A stretch of DNA of 64,000 nt from an uncultured Enterobacteriaceae bacterium. Lineage in GTDB: Bacteria > Pseudomonadota > Gammaproteobacteria > Burkholderiales > SG8-39. The stretch's first letter is position 1. Every line of letters starts with the position of its first letter. This document shows, one piece after another, positions 20,409-29,023 of this stretch. Where the stretch lies: positions 29,989 through 93,988 of the forward strand of contig CAYSFD010000051.1 in the NCBI GenBank assembly GCA_964430565.1, read 5' to 3'. Below the pieces are notes generated by a model. The model did no database searches. It was not told the DNA's origin and worked only from the letters and a program-made list of their open reading frames with translations. The position numbers and the translations under genes were made by a program.

Positions 20409-21188
20409 ATGACTTCCCCCGCACACACCTTCCACGCCGTCGCGTTCATCGAGAACCTGGCTCTCAAGGAGCTCGCGCCCGCCTTTCCGGAGGCGAAGCG
20501 CACGCCGCACGAGCTCTGGTACACGACCCCCGCGGGGGGAACCGTCTATGTCTATCCTTTTGGCGCGATGGTTTTTCACAACGTGCCGCCCGCGGAACGC
20601 GAGGCGCAGGCGGCGCGCCTGCACGCGGCCCGGCACGGGCTGACGAATGCGCTGGGCTTTGAAGAATCTTTCACGGTGCGGGAAGAGCCGGGCGCGCGGC
20701 CCGACGTTCGAGACGGCGTGCTTGTCGTCGACAACCTTACCTTCGAACGCGCGAGCGTGGTGGCGATGACCGTGGCGCAGAGCGCGGCCATGGATTACTA
20801 CGATCGCATCGTCGAGGAGATGTTTTCCCGGACCGATCGCCTGGTCGAACGGCTGGAGAAAGCGGGCAGGGCGCCGTTCGCGACCCGGCCCCTGCACCGG
20901 TTCATCGGGACCGCCATCGGGACGCGCAACGAAGTCCTCTCCATCCTGCACATGCTGGACAAGCCGGACGCGGTCTGGGAGGACGCGACCGCCGACCGCA
21001 TCTACCACGAGCTGCGGGCGGAGTTCGATCTGTCCGACCGCTACCAGGCGCTCGAGCTGAAGCTGCGCAGCGTGCAGGAGGCGCTGGAGCTGGTGCTCGA
21101 CGTGACCCGGGACTCCCGGCTGGTGCTGCTCGAGGCCTCCATCGTGCTCCTGATCATCATCGAGATCGCGCTGAGCTTCATTCGATGA
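20409..21188 (+). CDS. RMD1/DUF155 family protein
   Basis: VYVYPFGAMVF, VAQSAAMDYY, LDKPDAVWED, EFDLSDRYQALELKL, C-terminal LEASIVLLIIIEI helix. Confidence 0.85.
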   Translation: MTSPAHTFHAVAFIENLALKELAPAFPEAKRTPHELWYTTPAGGTVYVYPFGAMVFHNVPPAEREAQAARLHAARHGLTNALGFEESFTVREEPGARPDVRDGVLVVDNLTFERASVVAMTVAQSAAMDYYDRIVEEMFSRTDRLVERLEKAGRAPFATRPLHRFIGTAIGTRNEVLSILHMLDKPDAVWEDATADRIYHELRAEFDLSDRYQALELKLRSVQEALELVLDVTRDSRLVLLEASIVLLIIIEIALSFIR

Positions 21189-21338
21189 CGAATCCCTTGA
21201 TCGAATGGCGCCATGAGGCGCCCTTTCTCAAGTCGCCGACACAAACTCTTACAATCAGAATCATCGAATTCGCGAAATTAGGCTCAACCGCCGATACCGC
21301 CGGTGCGTTTCTGTACGGAGGAGACGCAGGAGGTATTC

Positions 21339-22559
21339 ATGAAAGCGTTCGGCAAACACGTCCTTCGGCAACTGCTGGTGCTGCTCGTCTCGGTGTCGGT
21401 CGCGTTTGCGCAGAGCCCTGCGCCTGCCTCGCGCAAAGCTGCGGCCACGCAGCCGGAGCTCGATCAGATGCTCGCGCCGATCGCGCTCTATCCCGATTCG
21501 CTGCTGTCGCAGATCTTCATGGCCGCGAGCTATCCGCTTGAAGTGGTGGAGGCGGCGCGCTGGTCGAAGGCGAATCCCGGTCTCAAGGGAGATCAGGCGG
21601 TCCAGGCGGTCGAGCAGAAGGATTGGGATCTCAGCGTCAAGTCGCTGACCGCGTTTCCGCAAGTCCTTGCGATGATGGACCAGCAACTGGAGTGGACTGC
21701 GCGGCTCGGCGATGTTTTCATCGCGCAGGAGCCGCAGGTGATGGAAACGGTTCAGAACCTGCGGCAGAAGGCGCATGCCGCCGGCAATCTGAAATCGACC
21801 GAGCAGGCCACCGTGTCCCGGCAGGGAGAGGCCCTCGCCATCGCGCCGGTGAGCACGCAGGTGGTCTATGTCCCGTATTACGATCCGCGCGTTGCGTACG
21901 GTTCATGGTGGTGGCCGGCGTATCCGCCTGTCTACTGGGGGCCCTGGCCCGGCTACTACGCCTATCCCGGATATCCGGCGGGATTCTTCTGGGGCGTAGG
22001 CATCACGGTGGGCGCGGGATTTTTCTACAGTTCCTGCGATTGGCACCGGCGCCGCATCACCGTCGTCCATGTCAACCACGTCGTTGTGAATCGCCCAGGG
22101 GGCATCCACCGGCCGCCACACGCGGGAACCGCGCCGGTGGCATGGCGGCATGATCCCGCGCACCGTCGCGGCGTGCCATATCGCATCGCGTCGGTGCAGC
22201 AGCAATACGGCCGCAGCCCGGCGGCCGGCGAGCGGCGCGATTTCCGGTGGCAGGGTCCGATTGCTCCGGCAACGCGCAACAGCTCGCTGAATCGGCCGGA
22301 GGCGCACGCCGCCAAGGGGCGAAGCGGTGTTTCCGCCAATCCCGCCACCGCTCGAAGCGAAGCGCGCCCTGAATTCCGCGGCCCCGTGGGCCGCCCGCAT
22401 GCGGCGCCGGTCGCCGCGGCCCCGCAGGTGCATGCGGGCCCCGGCAACGTTCCTCACGCGCAAGGCCCCACGCCGCAGCCGGGCACCGGTCACGGGCAGG
22501 CGGGAAAGCATGCAGCGCCGTCCCCGGCAAGAGCGCACGGCGAAGGGCGCGGACGCTAA
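21339..22559 (+). CDS. DUF3300-family secreted protein with Pro/Arg/Gly/His-rich tail
   Basis: Signal peptide; ELDQMLAPIALYPDSLLSQIFMAASYPLEVVEAARW; VYVPYYDPRVAYG; AGGAGG SD. Confidence 0.92.
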   Translation: MKAFGKHVLRQLLVLLVSVSVAFAQSPAPASRKAAATQPELDQMLAPIALYPDSLLSQIFMAASYPLEVVEAARWSKANPGLKGDQAVQAVEQKDWDLSVKSLTAFPQVLAMMDQQLEWTARLGDVFIAQEPQVMETVQNLRQKAHAAGNLKSTEQATVSRQGEALAIAPVSTQVVYVPYYDPRVAYGSWWWPAYPPVYWGPWPGYYAYPGYPAGFFWGVGITVGAGFFYSSCDWHRRRITVVHVNHVVVNRPGGIHRPPHAGTAPVAWRHDPAHRRGVPYRIASVQQQYGRSPAAGERRDFRWQGPIAPATRNSSLNRPEAHAAKGRSGVSANPATARSEARPEFRGPVGRPHAAPVAAAPQVHAGPGNVPHAQGPTPQPGTGHGQAGKHAAPSPARAHGEGRGR

Positions 22560-22880
22560 AAGCTTCGCCCCCGGCGCCATGAATGCGCCGGACCGTGGGC
22601 AAGCTTCTTGCCCACGCTCTCAACCGTAAGATCGCCCGCTTTTTGTGGTTGACTCATCCCGATTCCCGGGCCGACACTGGCCGGCTGCGAAAGGTTCATG
22701 AAAGGCAACATCGACCATGAATCATCTTCGATGGGTCGCCGCACCCTTTGGAACAGGCATCCCCAAGATTCAAGGGGAGATCGCGCCGTGTCCGCGCACA
22801 TTTCCGCTTTGCATCGTTCCGCCGGGAACCCCATTCCGAGCGCTATCCCGATTCGCTAACTCACTGACGAGGAGGCCCCC

Positions 22881-24719
22881 ATGAGCAAGAAGGACAAGGA
22901 CGGCAAGGACATCAAGGACATCAAGGACATGAGCCGCCGCAACCTGCTGAAGGCCGGCGCTGCAGCCGGCGTCTCGGTGGCGCTGGGCGGTCCCGCAGCA
23001 ACGCACGCCAACGAGCGCCACGGCGGCGGGTCCCACGGGAGGAAGTCCAGGGACCGCGAGCTCACGCTGGTCAACGGCAGGATCCACACGATGGACGATC
23101 GCAATTCCGTCGTCTCGTCGGTGACGATCCGCAACGGGCGCTTCGAATCCGTCGGCGGATGGGGCTGGAATTCGGGCGGCAGGGGCGAGGTCATCGACCT
23201 GCGCGGCCGCACCGTCGTCCCCGGTCTCCTCGAGAGCCACACGCACTTCGTCAGCCTCGCCAACCGTCCCGGCTACCACGTCGCGCAGTGGGAGCTCGCG
23301 AACAACGTCGCCGAGGTCCTGGCGCTGCTTGCCGCGCGCCGCGCGCGCGGCGACGTGCCGGAGGGCCAGTTCATCACCGCGATGGGCGCCGGCACCCCGC
23401 GGATGTTCGCCGAGCTGCGCCTGCCGTTCCTTGCCGAGCTCGACCAGGCGGTGCCCGACCGGCCGGTATTCCTGTACCAGGGCGGCGGCGGCCCCGCGCG
23501 CGTCAACTCGCTGGGAAAGGCCTTCTTCGAGAGCGTATCCAACCCCACGGTCAGCGTCGGCGCCGACGGCTCGATTCCCGGCGGCAATCCGAACCAGGCG
23601 AGCGCCGCCCTCTACCACCTCAGGATCCGCCAGACCTTCGAGGACAAGAAGAGGAGCGCGCTCGATTCGATGGCGTTCTCGGCGCAGGTCGGAATCACCG
23701 CCAACCTCGACCAGACGCTGGTCGCGGTGGCCACCGGGACGCTCAACCCGGCAACGCTCGACCCGCAGCCGAACCACGCGCTCTTCAACCTCAACCACTT
23801 CCGCATGTACGATGCGTGGCTGGCGCTGCACGCCGAGGGAAGAGCGTTCGTGCGCCTGCAGATGAACTTCCTGCACAACCAGGGGTTCATCGCCGAGCTC
23901 GGCGATCTCGCCCACCAGCTGCCCGAGCTGCGGGAGCGGCTCAAGAACCAGTTCCAGTTCTTCGGCGACGACATGCTGCGCACCGGCGCCATCGGCGAAT
24001 GGGCGGCGCCTTTTGTGGCCTCCACCTCAACGAACGTGGACGGCTACCGGGTGTGGCTGGAAGCGCAGCGTCTCTGCGCCCAGGCGCGCTGGCGAAACGA
24101 GAACAGCCAGGCCGGCAGCCCGACGAGCACCGACAACATCGAGCAGGTCATTGCGACCTACGAGGCGATGGACGCCGAGTTCGGCATCAAGGACCTGCGC
24201 TGGGCCCTGCAGCATGCTGATCACGCGACGCCCGCGCAGCTCCAGCGGCTGAAGGCGCTCAACTGCGGCGTCTCGATGTCCGGCTTCCGCTGGCTGAACG
24301 GGGTCCCGCGCACCGATGGACTGCCCGTTGGCCCGCTCTTCCCGCAGATCGTCGCGAGCGGCATCCCGGCCGGCCTGCACGAGGACGGTGTGCACATCGC
24401 GCCGCACAACCCGTGGTTCGCGCTGCACTACGCGACCACGGGCCTCAACGTGCTCGGTCAGCAGATCAATCCCGGCCAGCAGATCACCCGAGCGCAGGCA
24501 CTGCACGCCTACACGCGCGGCAACGCCTGGTACCTGAACCGGGAGGACGACCTCGGCTCGATCGAGAAGGGCAAGCTGGGCGATCTGGTCGTGCTCGACC
24601 GCGACTACTTCTCGGTGAGCGACGCGGACATGCGCAGGGTCCGCCCGATCCTCACCGTCGTGGACGGCGAGGTCGTGCACGACTCCGGCGTGCTGCGGCG
24701 CGACCGGCGCCACGATTGA
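22881..24719 (+). CDS. Tat-exported amidohydrolase (YtcJ/Amidohydro_3-like)
   Basis: SRRNLLK twin-arginine signal; DLRGRTVVPGLLESHTH; AYTRGNAW; GSIEKGKLGDLVVLDRD. Confidence 0.88.
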   Translation: MSKKDKDGKDIKDIKDMSRRNLLKAGAAAGVSVALGGPAATHANERHGGGSHGRKSRDRELTLVNGRIHTMDDRNSVVSSVTIRNGRFESVGGWGWNSGGRGEVIDLRGRTVVPGLLESHTHFVSLANRPGYHVAQWELANNVAEVLALLAARRARGDVPEGQFITAMGAGTPRMFAELRLPFLAELDQAVPDRPVFLYQGGGGPARVNSLGKAFFESVSNPTVSVGADGSIPGGNPNQASAALYHLRIRQTFEDKKRSALDSMAFSAQVGITANLDQTLVAVATGTLNPATLDPQPNHALFNLNHFRMYDAWLALHAEGRAFVRLQMNFLHNQGFIAELGDLAHQLPELRERLKNQFQFFGDDMLRTGAIGEWAAPFVASTSTNVDGYRVWLEAQRLCAQARWRNENSQAGSPTSTDNIEQVIATYEAMDAEFGIKDLRWALQHADHATPAQLQRLKALNCGVSMSGFRWLNGVPRTDGLPVGPLFPQIVASGIPAGLHEDGVHIAPHNPWFALHYATTGLNVLGQQINPGQQITRAQALHAYTRGNAWYLNREDDLGSIEKGKLGDLVVLDRDYFSVSDADMRRVRPILTVVDGEVVHDSGVLRRDRRHD

Positions 24720-24783
24720 TAGCCCCCGGCGGGGGAGTGACCAGCAACCTACACTCGCTTTCCCAGGAGCGTGCCATGAAGCG

Positions 24784-24818
24784 ACCCTTCTTGCCCGAGA
24801 GGGCAAGAAGGGTTTTTT
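24784..24818 (+). terminator. Rho-independent terminator
   Basis: ACCCTTCTTGCCC-GAGA-GGGCAAGAAGGGT, T6 at 24813-24818. Confidence 0.9.
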
Positions 24819-24854
24819 CCAGGTTGCGCGGGTCGCGCGCGTGGCTGCTCAGTT

Positions 24855-25832
24855 CTAAAGCTTGATACCCGCGCTCTTGATGATCTTCGACCACTTCGCG
24901 GTTTCGCTAACGATGAACTTCGCGAATTCCTCCGGGGTGCTGGCGCCGGCTTCGAGGCCTTGCTTGATGAGAACTTCCTGAACCTCCTTGACGGCCAGCG
25001 CACGCGCCACTTCCGCGTTGAGGCGCGCCACGATGGCAGCGGGCATGCCCTGGGGCGCGGCGAGGCCAAACCAGGTATAGGTCTCGAAGCCCGGTAATCC
25101 GGCTTCTGCCGAGGTCGGTACCTCGGGAAAGGCAGCGATGCGTTTGGTGCTGGCAGCGGCCAGTGCGCGCAGTTTTCCGGATCGTACGTGCTGTTCAAGA
25201 CCCGAAGGCACGATGAATGCGAGTTGAATCTGCCCGGCCATCAGGTCGTTGGTTGCGGCGGCCGCGCCTTTATACGGGACGTGCACGATGTCCACGCCCG
25301 TCATCGATTTGAACAATTCACCCGCGAGGTGGGGCAGGGTACCGGTGCCGTTGGAGCCGAAGTTGAGCGTGCCGGGTTTCGCCTTCGCCAGCTCTATCAG
25401 CTCGCGCAGAGAGTTCGCCGGTACCTGGGCGTTCACCAGCAGCATGCTGGGCGCAACCGCCATCAAGCTTATCGGCGAGAAAGACTTGACCGGGTCGTAG
25501 CCGATATTTGGATTCAGGAGGGGGTTGGTCACCAGCGTGGAAAGACTGCCGATCACCAGGGTGTAGCCGTCCGCAGGCGCGCGCGCCGCGGCTTCGGCCG
25601 CGATGGTGCCACCGCCGCCGCTCTGGTTTTCGATCACGACCCGCTGGCCGAGGCCCTCGGCGAGCCTCGCGCCGACCACCCGGCTCGTGATGTCCGCAGG
25701 ACCTCCGGGCGGGAAAGGCACTATCAGCCTGATGGGCTTGGCGGGGTAGGTTTGCGCTTGCGCCGCGCAGGCGAGCATCAGGGCCGCGAGCACGAGCAGT
25801 GCGCGGCAAAGCGAAAATAATCGTGAAGGCAT
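24855..25832 (-). CDS. Bug/TctC substrate-binding protein
   Basis: YPAKPIRLIVPFPPGGPAD, HVPYKGAAAA, PEVPTSAEAGLPGF. Confidence 0.94.
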   Translation of the reverse strand: MPSRLFSLCRALLVLAALMLACAAQAQTYPAKPIRLIVPFPPGGPADITSRVVGARLAEGLGQRVVIENQSGGGGTIAAEAAARAPADGYTLVIGSLSTLVTNPLLNPNIGYDPVKSFSPISLMAVAPSMLLVNAQVPANSLRELIELAKAKPGTLNFGSNGTGTLPHLAGELFKSMTGVDIVHVPYKGAAAATNDLMAGQIQLAFIVPSGLEQHVRSGKLRALAAASTKRIAAFPEVPTSAEAGLPGFETYTWFGLAAPQGMPAAIVARLNAEVARALAVKEVQEVLIKQGLEAGASTPEEFAKFIVSETAKWSKIIKSAGIKL

Positions 25833-26197
25833 CGTTGAGCTGAAAGATGCGTGTGCCTATTGTGGCGCTACGACCAACACCTGCAGTTTCTAACCTCGGA
25901 CAGTAGCGCTAAGGACGTGGCGACTCCACAACGTGGGCAATCCGAGCACGTTTGAGCTGAGAGTGCCTTGGCTGATCGTGATCAATCTTGGCGCTGGCTC
26001 GACTTCACTTTAGTGGCCTGTTGGCTGTCTAGAACGGCTGGATACGGCCACTTCCGGCCCATCTGCTCGAAAAATTACGAAACTGAGCGTCAGGAAACCG
26101 ATCAGAAACCTGTCGCTGGACTCTATCGATAGTCGGCCCGGTTGTCGGCCATTGCGGTCGTTCAAGTTGGCCGCCGTGGCCCGGTTTGTCCTCATCG

Positions 26198-27724
26198 TCA
26201 AGCAACCGGATCCCACAGCAGCACCATCCTCTCACCCACATGACGCCCATGGGTTAGCGTCACTTCGCTCAAGGTGAGCTGTTCACGAAGTTGGCGCGCT
26301 ACTGCTAGTGCGGTGCGAGCGTCGTCAAGATGCCCCAAGCGGTCCAGCGCCGCAGCCTCCAGAACACGCGTGAGATAGAGCTTTGAATCACGCCGGCTCG
26401 CAGTGCGCGCCTCCACCAGGGCTTCGTCGATTCGATTAGCCCTGAGCAGGAAAATACCCAGTGCCCAGCCCCAAAAACCAAGACGCCGGTCCCGTGGGCT
26501 TATCTTCATTCCGAAGCGAATTTTCTCGATGCCTGTCTCAAATTGCCCCATCAAGGTCAGTGCTGTGCCCAGAGCGACGTGGGCCTGGGCATTGCTGGGA
26601 TCAATCTCCAGTGCTTGACGAAGTATTTCAGCGCCTCGGTCAAGGTGTCCCAGATCGCACAACGCGCAACCGGCGTAGCCCAGCACCTCGGAACTGCCAT
26701 CATCCAATGCAATTGCGCGATTGGCGGCATTCAGCGCATCGCTTTGCATGCTCGAAGGATCGGCAAGCAACCCGATATTTCTGGCCAGAGCGGTTAATAG
26801 CGCGTAGTGGGCATGCCCCAAACCGAAAGACGGGTCGAGCGCCACGCTCTGTTGGAGATGGGACCGCGCCTCGGCCATGGCATCCTCACCCCAACCCTTC
26901 AAGGCGATCGCGCCGATAGCCTGATGGTAATGCGCCCACGCATTCTGGTTTTCGGGGCGCTGACGGCGAACATGCGCAATTTCCGCACGCCTGAGTTCGG
27001 GTTCAAGTTCCGTGATGATTCCGCGCGCGATGTCCTCTTGCAAGTCGAAAGCTTTGTCACGATGACTATCGAAGCGACCGCTCCACAGGACGTGCCCCGA
27101 TGCCGCGTCCGTAAGCTGAGTTGAGATCCGAAGCACATCACCCACCGGGCGCACGCTGCCCTCGACCACGAAACGAACCCCAAGCTGAAGGGCGACTTCC
27201 GGCAGGCTGGCATGCTGTCCGCGAAAAGCAAAAGACGATGCGTGGGAAATTAGCAAAAACCCGGAAACACGCGCCAAAAGCGCGATGACGTCTTCGGCCA
27301 GGCCGTCCGCCAGAAGATTCACATGGTGGTCATCCGACAGCACATTAAAAGGCAGCACGGCAATCGTGGGTCTGTCCGTGAAGGCTGCGGGGGCCTGTTG
27401 TGTCACGCTCTGAGACAACGCACCTTCTTGCCGTACGTCAAACGAAAGTCGATATCCGCGTCCGGGAATCGTGGTGATTGCCTTTCGGCCCAGAAGTTTG
27501 CGCAGCGCCGACACCTGCACCGACAAATTGTTTTCCTCAACGACCAGGCCAGGCCAGACGATTTCAAGCATCTCGCTTTTCGTGACGACCCGATCCCGGT
27601 GCGCCAGCAAGCACAGCAGCACATCGAAAGCACGGGCGCCTATTACCGCCGGCGCACCCTCAACAAGCAACAGGCGCTCTGCCGGCCTGACTTCAAAGCG
27701 ATCCAAGAAATAGTTGTTTTGCAA
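26198..27724 (-). CDS. Winged-helix (CadC/OmpR-type) + TolB-like + TPR transcriptional regulator
   Basis: RAFDVLLCLLAHRDRVVTKSEMLEIVWPGLVVEENNLSVQVSALRK, PTIAVLPFN, RFVVEGSVR, TPRs; TTG at 27724 has a GGGAGG SD. Confidence 0.88.
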   Translation of the reverse strand: MQNNYFLDRFEVRPAERLLLVEGAPAVIGARAFDVLLCLLAHRDRVVTKSEMLEIVWPGLVVEENNLSVQVSALRKLLGRKAITTIPGRGYRLSFDVRQEGALSQSVTQQAPAAFTDRPTIAVLPFNVLSDDHHVNLLADGLAEDVIALLARVSGFLLISHASSFAFRGQHASLPEVALQLGVRFVVEGSVRPVGDVLRISTQLTDAASGHVLWSGRFDSHRDKAFDLQEDIARGIITELEPELRRAEIAHVRRQRPENQNAWAHYHQAIGAIALKGWGEDAMAEARSHLQQSVALDPSFGLGHAHYALLTALARNIGLLADPSSMQSDALNAANRAIALDDGSSEVLGYAGCALCDLGHLDRGAEILRQALEIDPSNAQAHVALGTALTLMGQFETGIEKIRFGMKISPRDRRLGFWGWALGIFLLRANRIDEALVEARTASRRDSKLYLTRVLEAAALDRLGHLDDARTALAVARQLREQLTLSEVTLTHGRHVGERMVLLWDPVA

Positions 27725-27746
27725 GCGCCTCCCCCGAACACTGCAT

Positions 27747-27780
27747 TTTAGGGACATTTAGCAAACACTTAGGAATTTCA
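27747..27780. promoter_or_regulatory. Phased TTAG direct repeats (27747, 27757, 27768) in a divergent promoter
   Basis: 10-11 bp periodicity typical of winged-helix operators; adjacent to the wHTH regulator gene. Confidence 0.45.
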
Positions 27781-27915
27781 AAGGACGGGGCGGGTTCGCA
27801 GGGAAGACACTACAGCCACAGATCGGCAACCTTTACGTGTCGGCATCAACCCGGAGCGGGCATCAAGAATACGCCACTTGACTCCGGGCGCCCACCCAAC
27901 CAAGCGAGGCAAGCC

Positions 27916-28737
27916 ATGACCCATCCAATTCCCGTTCGCAAGATGGCCTTCGAGGTGCCAGCAGCGGAGGATTTCAATCCGCTTTACATCGCAGGCAACG
28001 CAACCCTGTCCTATATGCACACCGCCCTGGGCTTGTACGTCGTGCACCTGGAGCCCTTCATCGTGAAGTCCCTGCGCAAGGTGATGCCGCAGATCCGCGA
28101 TGAGGCGCTCAAGGAGGAGGTGGACCGTTTTTGCCAGCAGGAATCACAGCACTACCAGCAACATGCCGACTTCAACAAGGTGGTGCTGGCGCGCAACTAC
28201 CCCGGGCTGGAAGGGCGGCTCCATCGGCTGCGCGACGACTTCGAGGGCTGCCTGCACGAGCGGTCAGACCGCTTCCGCATCGGCTTCGTCGAGGGTTTCG
28301 AGTCCTACACCAGCCAGAGCGCGCTGACGCTGCTGAACAGCGGCTTCTACGAGCACAAGCGCAGCGAGCCGCGCTTTGCCGGCCTGTTCAAGTGGCACCT
28401 GCTCGAGGAGATCGAGCACCGCAACGTGGCCTTCGACATCTACCAGCACCTGTATGGCAACTACCTGGTGCGCGCGGGCATGTGCTGGGTGGCGCAGCAC
28501 CACCTGTTCAGCTTCTATGCCGATTGCATGCGCATCCTGTCGGCCGCCGAGGGGGAACGCAGCGGCGCGCGCTACCGCACGACCTTCAAGCACCGGCTGC
28601 TGTTCACCCGGGTCGATCCCTTCGTCAAGCGCCTGCGCACCATGTTGCCGGGGTACACGCCGCATGACCTCCGGATTCCCGCCGAGGTCGCCGAGCTGAC
28701 GAATCAGCTGAGCGCCCAGGCAGCGAGCGTACAGTAG
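27916..28737 (+). CDS. Predicted metal-dependent hydrolase (ferritin-like, Metal_hydrol type)
   Basis: IPVRKMAF, FCQQESQHYQQH, EGFESYT, KWHLLEEIEHRNVAFDIYQHL. Confidence 0.85.
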   Translation: MTHPIPVRKMAFEVPAAEDFNPLYIAGNATLSYMHTALGLYVVHLEPFIVKSLRKVMPQIRDEALKEEVDRFCQQESQHYQQHADFNKVVLARNYPGLEGRLHRLRDDFEGCLHERSDRFRIGFVEGFESYTSQSALTLLNSGFYEHKRSEPRFAGLFKWHLLEEIEHRNVAFDIYQHLYGNYLVRAGMCWVAQHHLFSFYADCMRILSAAEGERSGARYRTTFKHRLLFTRVDPFVKRLRTMLPGYTPHDLRIPAEVAELTNQLSAQAASVQ

Positions 28738-29023
28738 CTCGGTGCTTCCAGTCGCCGAGGAACTGCTAGCTCTTTCCCTGTGCCGTTGGAAAGCAAGGTC
28801 GCCCGCGCTACAAGTCAAAACGGTCGCTCCGCCTCCAGCGCAGAATGACGGATTCTGGCCGGGTGTGATCACTTGGCCAAATAACTCGGATGTCTCTTCA
28901 AGACGCGGAGCTGCCGTATGAGATACCGACCGGCAAGGTCTGCTCAGGGTCGAAAGCGGGCATTGCTTGCTTTAAGAGAACCTCAGTCCGCTGCCGGCAA
29001 TCCGCGGCGCGCTGCTTCGCGGC

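Noticed and set aside
24776-24865. SD plus ATG small ORF (MKRPFLPERARR...) after the amidohydrolase
   Set aside because: It runs straight through a strong terminator and overlaps the convergent bug stop; probably incidental
25838-25893. Short reading frame ELKDACAYCGATTN resembling an HNH nuclease zinc knuckle
   Set aside because: It stops after a few codons and no HNH motif follows in any frame; it could be a remnant but is not supportable
25887-25957. Possible attC site (TTCTAAC...CTCGGA...TCCGAG...GTTTGAG)
   Set aside because: The ends do not fit RYYYAAC/GTTRRRY, internal pairing is poor, and there is no integrase or second site
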